Both the position numbers and the translations under genes were made by a program. 64,000 nucleotides of DNA. It comes from Candidatus Latescibacterota bacterium. GTDB taxonomy: Bacteria; Latescibacterota; UBA2968. This document shows positions 38,892 to 49,714 of this stretch, piece after piece. The stretch spans positions 2,361,960 through 2,425,959 of the forward strand of contig OZ244028.1 of the NCBI GenBank assembly GCA_965214925.1, in the 5' to 3' direction. The notes beneath the pieces were generated by a model. That model ran no database searches. It was not told where the DNA came from and worked only from the letters and a program-made list of their open reading frames with translations. The first letter of the stretch is position 1. Each line of letters starts with the position of its first letter.

Positions 38892-39036
38892 CGTGGTTCC
38901 TTCACTTTGTTCAGGGCGGTCAGTGGTTAGGGACAACCCCCTGTGGTTGTCCTATCAGCGTGATCTATGTAGGGGCTGTCGGCAGGTGCCCGAAGCAACT
39001 GCTTGAGATCGTTGCGCGGGTTGATGGTTGAGCAGA

Positions 39037-41091
39037 TTATTGCCATAGCTTGCTCAGCCATCGAGAACGACGGCTCAGACGGAAACCGAGAAAATCGTTC
39101 TCGAGTTCCTGCCTGTTCAACACGGTTCTGCCACCGACGCTGGCGTTTTCGTCGATCAGGGTTGAGGGTACGTTCTCCCAATCGAACTCGCGGCGGCCAA
39201 ATGTGTCCGTCGGCTCGACCACGATGACCTTATCTCCTTCCAGCATCCATCCGGAGGGCGCATCCCTTTCTTTTTTTAATTTCGCGGACGGGCGCAGCAG
39301 ATGTTCGAGTTGGGCTTTAACCTTGTCATGTCGCTTGTCTGCGTATTCACCCCAAGTCACCGGCCGACACCACGCCGGTACTTGCTCCTCAATGTGCGCG
39401 GCGATGATCTCACTTATTACGCTGGATGAAAACGCCAGCCAGTCGTCCGGCAGGCGGTCATCCTTCAGTCTTTCTATGGCTTCCGAGAGATAGAGGCGGT
39501 AGAGATGGCCCCCGAGATCGCGGCGCATCTGTTGGATGCGAAGGTGAAGGTCGTGTCTCAGATTCTCCTTGTAGCTCGGCAGCGCGGTTGTGGTGTAAAT
39601 CATCATACTTCGCTTGACTATCTCGTCGGGAAACGCCTTCAATTCGCTATTCATCGACAGGATGAAGCACGGGTACTCTTCAACCGGCGGCGGGTTCTCG
39701 TCTTTGATGATGTCGGCACCATGGTATCGCACCGCCTGCTTCCCAATATCGTCGAACACCACGGGAAATCGTTTGTAATTCTGCTGAAGACCACGGAGTT
39801 TGGATCGGGTGAAATTCCCCTTGTCCACCCGGTGTTCTCGACCGAACATCGAGGTTATCAGGGTGTCAACAAGGCTCGACTTGCCGCAACTCGGTTTGCC
39901 ATAGACAATGGCAAAGGACGGGTAGCGGAATATATCGCCCATCGCGCCGGCGAGGGTTCTCATGTCGCACATGAATGGCGAGAAGTAGAGCCACGACCAG
40001 AGCGTGAAGTAGTCGCATTGGAGACGCTTCACATCGCCCTCGAACGTTTTCTCATAATTGCCGAAGTAGTCGACCAGCAGCCGTGCGTCCGTTTTCACTT
40101 GGGCGGGGTCGCTTTCCAACGGGAAGGATTCGCCGGATATCTCGGCAGTGCCTTCCATGCGGTTGATAGAGAAGTAGCGGCTGTCGACTTCATCATCAGA
40201 CTTCACGATGCGAACACGGCTATTTTCCCGCGTGATTGCACGCTTGATCCGCGGCGTGATCTTCTGCTGTCCCTTGCGAAAGGGCGGCAGCACCGCAGAG
40301 ACGACGGGCGGTATGGCGGCTTTCACGCGCTCGATTTTCTCTATCTGCCTCGATACCGAGATGTGAAAGTGATCAGAAGACGCGGGCGAGTCAATGACGA
40401 GCGTGGAGTGGTCGTTGGCACCGAGGACGGGGACCTCGTGCAGTTGAATATTGGCTTTGTCTATCCGCTCTGCTGGCAGGGGAATGACATCGGACGCGGC
40501 GTTCCTTATCTCTTCGTACATCCGCGAGTAGTGCGCCCAAGCAGATTCGTCGTTATCGAACTTGACCAAGGTTTCGGACTGGCGACCTCCAAAGGCCGTC
40601 TCCGACAGGTTGGCGGACCCAATGATGGCGCGATGGTTCCCGTCGATAGAATTTTCCAGCAGGTACAGCTTTGAGTGCGCGATGGCTTCGCGGAGCACGC
40701 GGAAGCGGGCCTGCCCTTCCCTCACCCTGCCGAGGATGAAGGCGTGCCGTTCGTCCTTCAGCCTCATGATGGCCGCGCGGGTATCGCCTATCGCCACCTG
40801 CTGAAACGCCAGGATGTCCTTGATCGTGTGCAGCGTGCTTTCGCAGCCGAACACGCACTCAAAGTCCGTGAAGTCGTGCTCGTCAAGTAGCCTGACAAGG
40901 GCGGATATGCCTGCGGAGTAGGTCAGTATGCGGATTGTGTCATAGCCGTCGAACAGGTGCCAGCTAAACTTCTCCTCGCTTGCGAACTCGGCACGTACCA
41001 CGCGCAGCCCCCCACCGTCGTCAAGTGCCAACGCGCCTTGGCCTTCACTCGCATCGTGTAAATTGGGAAACAGGGGTTTCGCAGACATCAT
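39037..41091 (-). CDS. Phospholipase D-type (NgoFVII-like) nuclease fused to a P-loop NTPase
   Basis: AHSKLYLL..IIGSANLS..AF; Walker A GKPSCGKS; Walker B VVFDD. Confidence 0.8.
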   Translation of the reverse strand: MMSAKPLFPNLHDASEGQGALALDDGGGLRVVRAEFASEEKFSWHLFDGYDTIRILTYSAGISALVRLLDEHDFTDFECVFGCESTLHTIKDILAFQQVAIGDTRAAIMRLKDERHAFILGRVREGQARFRVLREAIAHSKLYLLENSIDGNHRAIIGSANLSETAFGGRQSETLVKFDNDESAWAHYSRMYEEIRNAASDVIPLPAERIDKANIQLHEVPVLGANDHSTLVIDSPASSDHFHISVSRQIEKIERVKAAIPPVVSAVLPPFRKGQQKITPRIKRAITRENSRVRIVKSDDEVDSRYFSINRMEGTAEISGESFPLESDPAQVKTDARLLVDYFGNYEKTFEGDVKRLQCDYFTLWSWLYFSPFMCDMRTLAGAMGDIFRYPSFAIVYGKPSCGKSSLVDTLITSMFGREHRVDKGNFTRSKLRGLQQNYKRFPVVFDDIGKQAVRYHGADIIKDENPPPVEEYPCFILSMNSELKAFPDEIVKRSMMIYTTTALPSYKENLRHDLHLRIQQMRRDLGGHLYRLYLSEAIERLKDDRLPDDWLAFSSSVISEIIAAHIEEQVPAWCRPVTWGEYADKRHDKVKAQLEHLLRPSAKLKKERDAPSGWMLEGDKVIVVEPTDTFGRREFDWENVPSTLIDENASVGGRTVLNRQELENDFLGFRLSRRSRWLSKLWQ

Positions 41092-41209
41092 TTTTCCATG
41101 CTAGGCGCATCAGTTGAGGGGCACGCAGCTGTGATCATCCATTATGCGGAAGAAGACCAAGACCGCTTGCGTCTGCCCGACTTGTCGGCAGGCGGGCGTC
41201 TCGCGCTTC

Positions 41210-41470
41210 TCATCTCGCAGTTGCGTAAACGCTGACCTTCTTGCGCCTTTTGTTGAGGTGCTCAAATTGGACGCGGCCATCGATGAGCGAATACAGCGTG
41301 TCGTCTTTGCCTATGCCAACATTATTGCCAGGGTGAATTTTTGTGCCGCGCTGGCGCATGATGATGGTGCCTGCGGAGATGGTTTGCCCCCCGTAGGCTT
41401 TTACGCCCAGGCGCCTTCCCTGACTGTCTCTGCCGTTTCTCGAACTGCCAACACCTTTTTTGTGTGCCAT
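41210..41470 (-). CDS. rpmA: 50S ribosomal protein L27
   Basis: [27 protein letters not shown]. Confidence 0.98.
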   Translation of the reverse strand: MAHKKGVGSSRNGRDSQGRRLGVKAYGGQTISAGTIIMRQRGTKIHPGNNVGIGKDDTLYSLIDGRVQFEHLNKRRKKVSVYATAR

Positions 41471-41564
41471 GGTACAACCTCCTTGGTTTTAGCGATTCGC
41501 TTTCAGCACGACCGGAGATCGGATTGATCCCTCTGTTTTTGCTGATCCCGAACTGCCATTGCTC

Positions 41565-41876
41565 CTACGCTACAATTTTTTCGATTTGAAGTTCGGTATA
41601 GGGTTGCCGATGCCCCTTCTTGCGCCTGTAGTTTTTGCGGCGTTTCATCTTAAAGACGATGATTTTGTCCGCTCGCCCGTGTCCCGTGACCCGGGCTTCG
41701 ACAGCCGCCCCCTCAACTTGGGGCGTGCCCACTTTGATTTCATCGCCGCCGCCAACGAGCAAGACGCGGGGCAAGGTGAGTGACGCCCCTTCTTCGGCAT
41801 CGAGTCGGGGCACGCGGATGTTGTCGCCCTCGCGCACCTTGTATTGGCTGCCGGCGATATCGACCACTGCATACAT
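41565..41876 (-). CDS. rplU: 50S ribosomal protein L21
   Basis: MYAVV..GSQYKV, GHRQPYT; start 41876. Confidence 0.98.
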   Translation of the reverse strand: MYAVVDIAGSQYKVREGDNIRVPRLDAEEGASLTLPRVLLVGGGDEIKVGTPQVEGAAVEARVTGHGRADKIIVFKMKRRKNYRRKKGHRQPYTELQIEKIVA

Positions 41877-41983
41877 GCTCAACCTCCAAACAGTTCCCAG
41901 TTCCAATTTGCAAACAGACTTCCCGATCCGCGCCGAATCGGGAAGTCAAAAGATGCTAAATCTATCTGAATTATAAGTTTATG

Positions 41984-43522
41984 TCAAGTTTGAACTTCGT
42001 TTGTCACGTCGATTTTTCGCTTTCTGGAAAAAACGCGATAATCTGCTTCGCACAAATCCGGCGCCGATTCAACATCGAGCCAAACGCGGGTGGATTTGCG
42101 AATGGCTCTGAGGCGTTCTCTGCGATTTTCGAGGAAATAAAAACCGAGCGTGGGGTGAACTTGAACCGTGAGGCGTCGTTCGAGCGCGGCCGCGCGCGAG
42201 CGTTTGAGCCAGCGTTCAATGCGCGCCAACACGGTTTCTCGGCTGGGAATGTGTCCAGTGCCATGGCATTGCGGGCAGGGTTCAGAATAAGTGGACATCA
42301 AACTGGGGCGCACCCGCTGACGGGTCATTTCCATCAGGCCAAAATCGGTAATGCGCGAATGCCGGATTTTGGATCGATCGCGGCGAATGGCCTGGCGCAT
42401 TTCGTCTTCGACGCGTTTGCGATCCCGCGCGGTGTTCATGTCGATAAAATCGACGACAACCAGGCCGCCCATATCGCGCAGGCGGAGTTGGCGGGCAACT
42501 TCTCGGGCGGCTTCCAGATTGGTTTTGAGCACGGTTTCATCCTGTTTGGCACGGCCTCTAGACGCGCTGCGCCCACTGTTGACATCGATGGCAACGAGGG
42601 CTTCGGTCGGATCGATGACCAGATAGCCCCCGCCTTTGAACCGGACTTGGCGTTCCGCGAGTTTTTCGATTTCAGCCTCAATGCCAAACGCGTCGAAGAT
42701 CGGGCGCGTGTCGCCGTAGTACTCGACAGTTTGGCGCAGTTCGGGCGAGACTCCTTTGAGATACGCGTGAATGTGCTTGTATTCGCGTTTGGAATCGACA
42801 ACGAGGCGATCCACGTTCTCGGTGAACAAATCGCGGATGAGGCTGGAGGTCATGCCCATTTCTTTGTAGAGCAGTTTAGATCCCATGCTTTTTTCGCCCT
42901 GTTTTTGAAGGCGTTTCCACATGGTCAGAAGTCGCTTGAGGTCGCGGCGAAGTTCCCGCTCCCCTTTGCCGCTGGCTTCGGTGCGTACAATCAGGCCAAC
43001 GCCCTCGGGTTTGAGAGCGTGACCGAGATCCCGAAGCCGCCGCCTTTCATTCCGATTGGTAATTTTGCGCGAGACGCCCACTTTCTCGCCATCGGGCACG
43101 AGCACCATAAACCGACCGGCGAGAGATGGCACAGCAGAAACGCGCGGGCCCTTGGTGCTGATGGACTCTTTTTTGATCTGCACGATGATTTCTTGGCCTT
43201 TGTGCAAAAGCGCGTCAATAGATATGGATGGGTTGCCGGGTGCATTTTTGACTTCTTCGCGCGTTTCCAAGTCGAGCTCGACCAATGAGCCGGGGGATCC
43301 GGGCATATCTGAAATGTGCAAAAAGGCCGCTTTTTCCAGTCCAATATCGACAAACGCGGCCTGCATGCCCGTCAGGACAGCGGTGACGACCCCCTGATAG
43401 ATATCGCCGACCATGCGTTCTTTTTCCGCGCGTTCAACGAGGATTTCAGCGAGCCGGCCATCTTCGAGGATGGCGATTCTCGACTCGTGTGAGGCAACAT
43501 TGATGATGATTTCGGTTTTCAC
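41984..43522 (-). CDS. Rne/Rng family ribonuclease (RNase E/G)
   Basis: S1 domain (AAFVDIG), IDVNSG, RLRDMGG..DFIDM, CPQC; start approximate. Confidence 0.93.
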   Translation of the reverse strand: MKTEIIINVASHESRIAILEDGRLAEILVERAEKERMVGDIYQGVVTAVLTGMQAAFVDIGLEKAAFLHISDMPGSPGSLVELDLETREEVKNAPGNPSISIDALLHKGQEIIVQIKKESISTKGPRVSAVPSLAGRFMVLVPDGEKVGVSRKITNRNERRRLRDLGHALKPEGVGLIVRTEASGKGERELRRDLKRLLTMWKRLQKQGEKSMGSKLLYKEMGMTSSLIRDLFTENVDRLVVDSKREYKHIHAYLKGVSPELRQTVEYYGDTRPIFDAFGIEAEIEKLAERQVRFKGGGYLVIDPTEALVAIDVNSGRSASRGRAKQDETVLKTNLEAAREVARQLRLRDMGGLVVVDFIDMNTARDRKRVEDEMRQAIRRDRSKIRHSRITDFGLMEMTRQRVRPSLMSTYSEPCPQCHGTGHIPSRETVLARIERWLKRSRAAALERRLTVQVHPTLGFYFLENRRERLRAIRKSTRVWLDVESAPDLCEADYRVFSRKRKIDVTNEVQT

Positions 43523-43584
43523 TTCCACATCCTTTGGATGAATAGACGCGTTCGCGGACTGCGGGACAACCCTGCGCTTCATTC

Positions 43585-44304
43585 TCATCTGGCGACCGCG
43601 CGGCGGGGAAAGATGGTGATTTCTTCGACAATGGCGCGATCGGGCATTTGAGCGGCCAGGTAAGCGGCAGCGGCAATGTCTTCGGGCAAAAGGGCCGCCG
43701 CGCGCTTTGCGTCTGAGACGGGATTGGGGCGATGGTTTAAAATGGGGGTATCGACTTCGCCGGGATAAATGCAGCAGGCGCGAATGCCGTGGTCGCGAAA
43801 TTCGGCATTGATGGATTGGTTGAGCGCGGCCATGCCAAATTTGGACGCGCTATACGCCGCGCCGCTGATCATGCCCGCTCTTTTGCCCGCCATAGATGAG
43901 ATGTTGATGACCAAGCCATTGTGTTGGGCTTTCATTTGCGGCATGACCGCGCGAAAGGCATTGAAAGCACCCGTGAGGTTGATCGCGAGGACGCGGTCCC
44001 AGTCTTCGTCCGAGATGTCGGTCAAATGGCGTTTTTTGGTGTTGATGCCCGCGTTGTTCACCAGAATGTCGATGCGCCCAAAGGCCGCGACCGTTTGTTT
44101 GGCGAGCGATTGAACCGCGCGGCGGTCCGTGACATCAGTGGCGCGGATCTCGATATTGGCATGGCCGCATTGCCGCGCGATCTCTTCGAGGGGTTCTATG
44201 CGGCGCCCCGCGAGGGCGAGGTTGTAACCCGCTTTGGCAAATACCATGGCAATGCTCGCGCCGATGCCGGTTCCAGCACCGGTAATAATGGCGACTTTGG
44301 ACAT
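43585..44304 (-). CDS. Short-chain dehydrogenase/reductase
   Basis: TGAGTGIG, NNAG, YSASK. Confidence 0.92.
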   Translation of the reverse strand: MSKVAIITGAGTGIGASIAMVFAKAGYNLALAGRRIEPLEEIARQCGHANIEIRATDVTDRRAVQSLAKQTVAAFGRIDILVNNAGINTKKRHLTDISDEDWDRVLAINLTGAFNAFRAVMPQMKAQHNGLVINISSMAGKRAGMISGAAYSASKFGMAALNQSINAEFRDHGIRACCIYPGEVDTPILNHRPNPVSDAKRAAALLPEDIAAAAYLAAQMPDRAIVEEITIFPRRAVAR

Positions 44305-44625
44305 ATTGCATGCTCCTCATATCCGTTGAATGCTGTAGCAAATACGCGATTTCGGTTTCAAATCCCTACCCCCTTTTTCACGCGAATGATCCGCCCTTTG
44401 TGCAACGAGTCGGTGATTTTATCGCGCGGGGCATGGGACTTCAAGCAATCCAAAAGTGCCTGATAAATTCTATCATCCTTCCGCACAAAAATATTGTTAT
44501 TTTTGGCATCTTATGTCAGACGAATATCGACATACTATATCGGAGAGACAAGAAAAAAGTCGCAGGTGTTTCGAGCAAGTTTATGTATATTATGGCGTTG
44601 GCTAAAACAAAAAGGAGCGAGAGCT

Positions 44626-45849
44626 ATGATTGAAATGGACGACGCCATTCGCATTGTGTTGGAAAATACGCAGACCATTGGCAAAACCCGCGTGGGGTTG
44701 GGCGATGTGTTGGGGCGCGTTTTGGCTGAAGATGTGCGTTCAGATATCGATATGCCCCCCTTTGACAAGGCACTCATGGATGGGTATGCCCTTCGGGGCG
44801 CGGATATCGCATCCGCGTCGAAAGCGGCCGCGGTCGTGCTCGATGTGATCGAGGAGATTCCAGCGGGCACTGTGCCGCAAAAGCGCGTGGGACGCGGGCA
44901 GGCGTCTCGGATTATGACGGGCGCGCCCATACCCGATGGCGCGGATACGGTGATTATGGTAGAGGACACCGAACCGGGTGCAGACCGCAAAAAGGTGCGG
45001 GTGCTGGCGGGTACAGAAACGGGTAAGAATATCGCGCGGCTCGGCGAAGATGTGCGGGTCAACCAGGTGGTCTTAAAGGCCCATGCGGTCATCAGACCGC
45101 CCGAAGTTGGCATGCTCGCCGCGGTGGGACACATCTCCGTTGCGGTCTATCGTCAGCCTGTGGTGGGCATTGTGGCGACGGGCAGCGAGGTGGTTGAACC
45201 ACAGCACAAACCCAAACCCGGGCAAATCCGAAACAGCAATGGGTATTCGATGGTGGCTCAGGTCATACGCGCGGGCGCGCACGCGCGGTATTTGGGCATT
45301 GTAGAAGACGATGTCGATGCGTTGATGCGGACCATTGACGAAGGCCTGGCGACCTGTGATGTGGTCGCGCTTTCGGGAGGGGTTTCTGCCGGCGATTACG
45401 ACCTCGTGCAAGATGGCATGCGGGACCTCGGTGTCGAGGTGTTGTTTGACCGCATTCGCATGAAGCCCGGCAAACCCCTGACATTTGGCGTCAAAGGTGC
45501 CAAGCAGGTCTTTGGTTTGCCCGGCAATCCGGTCTCTTCTGTGGTGGGCCTGGAATTGCTCATGCGCCCTGCGATAAGAAAAATGCAATGTATGGCGGAT
45601 GTGCACCTTCCCATCGTGCCCACAGTGCTCCGCACCGATTTTCGACAAACGCCCGGGCGAAAACAATTTGTGCCCGCGCACAGCGTTCAGGGCAAAAATC
45701 GCGCCTGGCAAAGCGCGTGGGTTGGGCACCACGGTTCTGCGGATCTGTTTTCGATGGCCCGCGCAAACAGCTTGTTTGTGGTCAATGCTGAATCTGCACA
45801 TGTGCGCGCAGGCACAAAATTGGATCTCATTTTGTTGGAAGGGTGGTAA
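44626..45849 (+). CDS. moeA: Molybdopterin molybdotransferase
   Basis: PPFD..MDGYA, IMTGAP.P.GAD, SGGVSAGDYD, KPGKP, LPGNP; start 44626 after AAGGAG. Confidence 0.95.
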   Translation: MIEMDDAIRIVLENTQTIGKTRVGLGDVLGRVLAEDVRSDIDMPPFDKALMDGYALRGADIASASKAAAVVLDVIEEIPAGTVPQKRVGRGQASRIMTGAPIPDGADTVIMVEDTEPGADRKKVRVLAGTETGKNIARLGEDVRVNQVVLKAHAVIRPPEVGMLAAVGHISVAVYRQPVVGIVATGSEVVEPQHKPKPGQIRNSNGYSMVAQVIRAGAHARYLGIVEDDVDALMRTIDEGLATCDVVALSGGVSAGDYDLVQDGMRDLGVEVLFDRIRMKPGKPLTFGVKGAKQVFGLPGNPVSSVVGLELLMRPAIRKMQCMADVHLPIVPTVLRTDFRQTPGRKQFVPAHSVQGKNRAWQSAWVGHHGSADLFSMARANSLFVVNAESAHVRAGTKLDLILLEGW

Positions 45850-45942
45850 AAAAAGGCGCGGCGCGAGAAGGCCGCAAGGGGTTGACTGGGCAACCGCAAG
45901 GGTTGCCCCTACAGTGTTGATTGGGTGGTCTTCCCGCGCATC

Positions 45943-47871
45943 TCACCTGTCTGCCGTTTCCACGCCTGCCATAATTCCGTCGATATACTCGTCTGCCACC
46001 TCTTCTTTTTGCTTTTGCTGCTGTTTGTAAAGCAAGCGATACACTTCGCATTCTGCCAGCAAGTCTTCGTGGAAGCCCCAGCCTACCATGCGACCATTGT
46101 CCAAGACCAAAATGCGATCCGCGCGCATAGCTGTAGAAATTCGGTGGGTGATCACAAAGGTCGAACGGCCCTCCATCAAGCGATCCAGCGTCTGTTGAAT
46201 TTTGGCCTCTGTTTTTGCATCCAGCGCAGAGGTCGTGTCGTCCAGAATCAGAATACTGGGATCGGTGACGACGGCCATCGCAAAGGCGAGACGCTGTTTT
46301 TGCCCGCCCGACAGGTTGGTGCCGCGCTCTTCGACGCGGGCCTCGTATTTTTCTCGCAATGACATAATAAAATCGTGCAACTGTGCGGCTTTGGCCGCGT
46401 CCATCACCTGATCGGGCGTGGTGGTGGGGCACCCATAGCGGATATTTTCCGCGAGGGTTCCCGAAAACAAAACCGGTTCTTGCGGCACCATGCTGATGTG
46501 GTTTCGCAAAGAAGAAATTTTGATGTCCTGAATATCGTAATCGTCCAAAATAATTCTTCCTTCCGTGGGATCGTAGAGGCGCATCAACAGGCTGACCAGC
46601 GTGCTCTTTCCCGCGCCCGAAGGCCCAACCACGGCCACCGACGTTCCCGGCCTGACGACAAAGTTGAGATCTTTGATCGCGTAATCGCCCGTCTCGGTAT
46701 AGCGAAAAGACACATTGCGAAAGACCACGCGCCCACGCACTTTGTCGAGGCTCTTGGCGCCTGGTTTATCCCGAATAATCACCTCTTCATCTAGGACTTC
46801 AAACACGCGACTGATCACCACCAGCATTTGTTGAAGCACGGCATTCACATTGGCCAAAGCGACCAGGGGGGTAAAGAGATTGCCCATTGACATATTAAAA
46901 TAGACCAACTCCCCAACCGTCATCATCCCGTTGCGAACCTGCAACGCGCCGAAGTAGAAGATCAGACCCATGGCAACCCCCCCCACAACCGAACAGGTCG
47001 CCCCCAGAGCAGAACTCAAAATAGACTGTTTGACGCCCAGGCGATACAGCGCGATCAGCCGCTTGAAAAAATCCCGAAATTCCCGTCTTTCCCGCGCGTA
47101 AGACAGGATGAGGCGAATCCCCTTGGCGCGTTCTTCCAGAAAACCGGAGACCTCGGCGTAATCCTCTCGAAAACGGGTAAAGACATTTGCAATTGGACGC
47201 TGAAACAGCTTGTATGTGATGACATACGCGGGCAGCGCGACAAAGGCCAGAAGCGCGAGTTTGACGTCAATCGTAAACAGAATGACCGTGCCTATCAAAA
47301 TGCGCGCCACGTGCCGGATCGTTTCGATAAATGTCGTGGTAATTTCGCTCTGCAACAGCCCCACATCGTCCAAGATGCGCGCCATGATTTTTCCGGTCTG
47401 TTGGCGATCAAAAAACGTCATTTGCAACTTCTGCACCTTCTCGTGCAGATCCAGGCGAATGCGGAAGACAATCCGCTGCCCCACATAAGCGATGCTGTAC
47501 GCATAGAACCAGTTGATCGTGGCAAAGCAGGACCTGACGACCAGATAGAGAATGAAAATCCACCCCAACCATTCCAACTTTTCCGTGCGCGTCTTGGGCC
47601 GCGCGCTCCCGCCCGCTTTGCCCAACCCCGGAATCGTGGCGTGGGGGTCGCGCTTGGGCCGCCAGTCCTCTTGAATCAGAGACTGCATGCGGGCGTCCGA
47701 AACGACTTCGCCCGATGGCTTGAGTTGCAGGACTTCGTCAACCGTAATTTTTGAAATAAAGCCGAGCAAAAACATATAGGACGACGTAATACTGGCCATC
47801 GCGAGGACCATCAGCATACGCACCCAATACGGCTTGATATACAAGCGGGCAAATCGTTTTAAGTTTTCCAT
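45943..47871 (-). CDS. ABC exporter, permease + ATPase
   Basis: TM domain, GPSGAGKS, LSGGQKQR, degenerate Walker B (LDD). Confidence 0.93.
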   Translation of the reverse strand: MENLKRFARLYIKPYWVRMLMVLAMASITSSYMFLLGFISKITVDEVLQLKPSGEVVSDARMQSLIQEDWRPKRDPHATIPGLGKAGGSARPKTRTEKLEWLGWIFILYLVVRSCFATINWFYAYSIAYVGQRIVFRIRLDLHEKVQKLQMTFFDRQQTGKIMARILDDVGLLQSEITTTFIETIRHVARILIGTVILFTIDVKLALLAFVALPAYVITYKLFQRPIANVFTRFREDYAEVSGFLEERAKGIRLILSYARERREFRDFFKRLIALYRLGVKQSILSSALGATCSVVGGVAMGLIFYFGALQVRNGMMTVGELVYFNMSMGNLFTPLVALANVNAVLQQMLVVISRVFEVLDEEVIIRDKPGAKSLDKVRGRVVFRNVSFRYTETGDYAIKDLNFVVRPGTSVAVVGPSGAGKSTLVSLLMRLYDPTEGRIILDDYDIQDIKISSLRNHISMVPQEPVLFSGTLAENIRYGCPTTTPDQVMDAAKAAQLHDFIMSLREKYEARVEERGTNLSGGQKQRLAFAMAVVTDPSILILDDTTSALDAKTEAKIQQTLDRLMEGRSTFVITHRISTAMRADRILVLDNGRMVGWGFHEDLLAECEVYRLLYKQQQKQKEEVADEYIDGIMAGVETADR

Positions 47872-47911
47872 TGTCAGTGGTTCAGTGGTCAGTCCCGGCC
47901 CGTTTTATCGC

Positions 47912-49687
47912 TCAGCCCGCCATCGCCTCTACGGCCTCTTCAATAGAACCCGCAGCCTGCTGTTTGTAAAGCTGGCGATACTTTCCATCGGGCATCTGCA
48001 ACAATTCTCGATGCGTCCCCATTTCGATAATCTCGCCGTGATCCATCACCACGATGAGGTCCGCATTGACAATCGTCGATAATCGGTGTGCAATTGCAAA
48101 GGACGTGCGTCCCTTTAAGATATTGGCCATGGCTTTCTGTATCAACGCTTCTGACAGGGAATCGAGTGAGGAGGTGGCTTCGTCGAGAATCAAAATTGCC
48201 GGCTCGGTCAGCACGGCTCTGGCAATGGCGAGGCGCTGTTTCTCGCCCACAGACAACTTGATGCCCTCGTTCCCCAACAGCGAGTCGTAGCCTTCGGGCG
48301 TCCGCATAATAAATTCGTGAATCTCGGCAATGCGCGCGGCGTCGATCAACTCGCCCTCGGTGGCATCTGGACGCCCGTACAGCAGGTTCTCTCGAATCGT
48401 TCCGTTGAACATCACCGAGTCTTGCAACACCTGTCCGATTTGCGTGCGTAGGGTGCGTAATGCCACATCGCGCACATCGTGCCCGTCAATGGCAATAGAG
48501 CCTGCTGTAACATCGAAAAAGCGCATCAACAAACTCGTCATCGTGGTCTTGCCGCATCCCGTGTGTCCGACCAATGCGACCATCTGCCCCGGCTGGATTT
48601 CCAAGTTGATCCCCTTTAAGACGGGTTCCCCTTTCTTGTATTCAAAATCCACATTGTCGAACTTGATGTGCCCGTTTATCCGGGGCAACTCAACCGCGTC
48701 TTCGCGGTCTTTGATCTCGATGGGAAATTCTAAAATTTCCAAAACGCGCTCGACCGACACCATCACGGCTTGAAGGCGCATGGCAATTTGCGTGAGATTG
48801 AGAATCGGCTGAAACATCCGGCTCGAATAAGAAAAAAAGGCCATCACAGCCCCATAAGTCATTTCACCTTCAATCACGTAATAACAGCCCAGGCAAAAAA
48901 TCACTGTATTGCGAAACCCCGACACCCCCCAGGTTCCAGCCATATATCCCGCGCGGTGTGTGGCAGACTGCATCGCGGCGTCCAAACTGCCGTGCGTATC
49001 TTCTGCAAACGCGCGGTGTTCTCGGCGCTCTCGCCCATAAGATTTCACCAATTGCACGCCGGCCAACCGCTCTTGTAGGCCAACCGAAACCCGATCCATT
49101 TTTTTGCGCCAAAGGCTAAAGGATTCTTTGATCGGGGCGCGCCACCCGTAATAATTAAAAAAATACAGGGGCAACAACACGAGCAACAGGCAACCCATTT
49201 TCCAATTCAAGCCCATACACAGCGCCAGTGCCACCCAGAACGACACAAAGTCAATAATAATGCCCAACATGCGCGATGTCACCATACTGCGTACACTCGC
49301 CACATCGGTCATTACGCGCGACATGATTTTGCCCGTACCCATCTCGTCGTAAAATCGCATGGGCAATTTCAACATGTGCTCGTAAATGAACTTCCGCATG
49401 TGCGTCGTGAGCCCCCACCCCACATAGGCGTTGGTAAATGAGATGCCAACGCGCATCGCGGCCGACGTGATGGGCAGACAAATCGATATGATCAGGAGCA
49501 CTTCCAGCAGGTGCCAGTTGCCATCGACAATGACGTCGTCGATGATGTACTTCATCACCAGCGGGGGCATCATGCCCAGCGTTGTCATGACCGCTGTGAG
49601 GCACAACAGCAAGATCAGCCGCGATTTGTAAGGCGTGACAAAATGCGCGAGCTTACGCAATTTTTCGGCATTGCTTTCGTCTGCCAT
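47912..49687 (-). CDS. ABC exporter, permease + ATPase (heterodimer partner)
   Basis: GHTGCGKT, degenerate signature LSVGEKQR, LDEAT. Confidence 0.93.
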   Translation of the reverse strand: MADESNAEKLRKLAHFVTPYKSRLILLLCLTAVMTTLGMMPPLVMKYIIDDVIVDGNWHLLEVLLIISICLPITSAAMRVGISFTNAYVGWGLTTHMRKFIYEHMLKLPMRFYDEMGTGKIMSRVMTDVASVRSMVTSRMLGIIIDFVSFWVALALCMGLNWKMGCLLLVLLPLYFFNYYGWRAPIKESFSLWRKKMDRVSVGLQERLAGVQLVKSYGRERREHRAFAEDTHGSLDAAMQSATHRAGYMAGTWGVSGFRNTVIFCLGCYYVIEGEMTYGAVMAFFSYSSRMFQPILNLTQIAMRLQAVMVSVERVLEILEFPIEIKDREDAVELPRINGHIKFDNVDFEYKKGEPVLKGINLEIQPGQMVALVGHTGCGKTTMTSLLMRFFDVTAGSIAIDGHDVRDVALRTLRTQIGQVLQDSVMFNGTIRENLLYGRPDATEGELIDAARIAEIHEFIMRTPEGYDSLLGNEGIKLSVGEKQRLAIARAVLTEPAILILDEATSSLDSLSEALIQKAMANILKGRTSFAIAHRLSTIVNADLIVVMDHGEIIEMGTHRELLQMPDGKYRQLYKQQAAGSIEEAVEAMAG

Positions 49688-49714
49688 ATTAAATCCAAAA
49701 CTTTCGGCGGTCCG

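Noticed and set aside
41918-41947. Hairpin upstream of rplU as an L21 leader
   Set aside because: A strong stem is present, but it cannot be distinguished from a terminator or promoter-overlapping palindrome without a covariance search.
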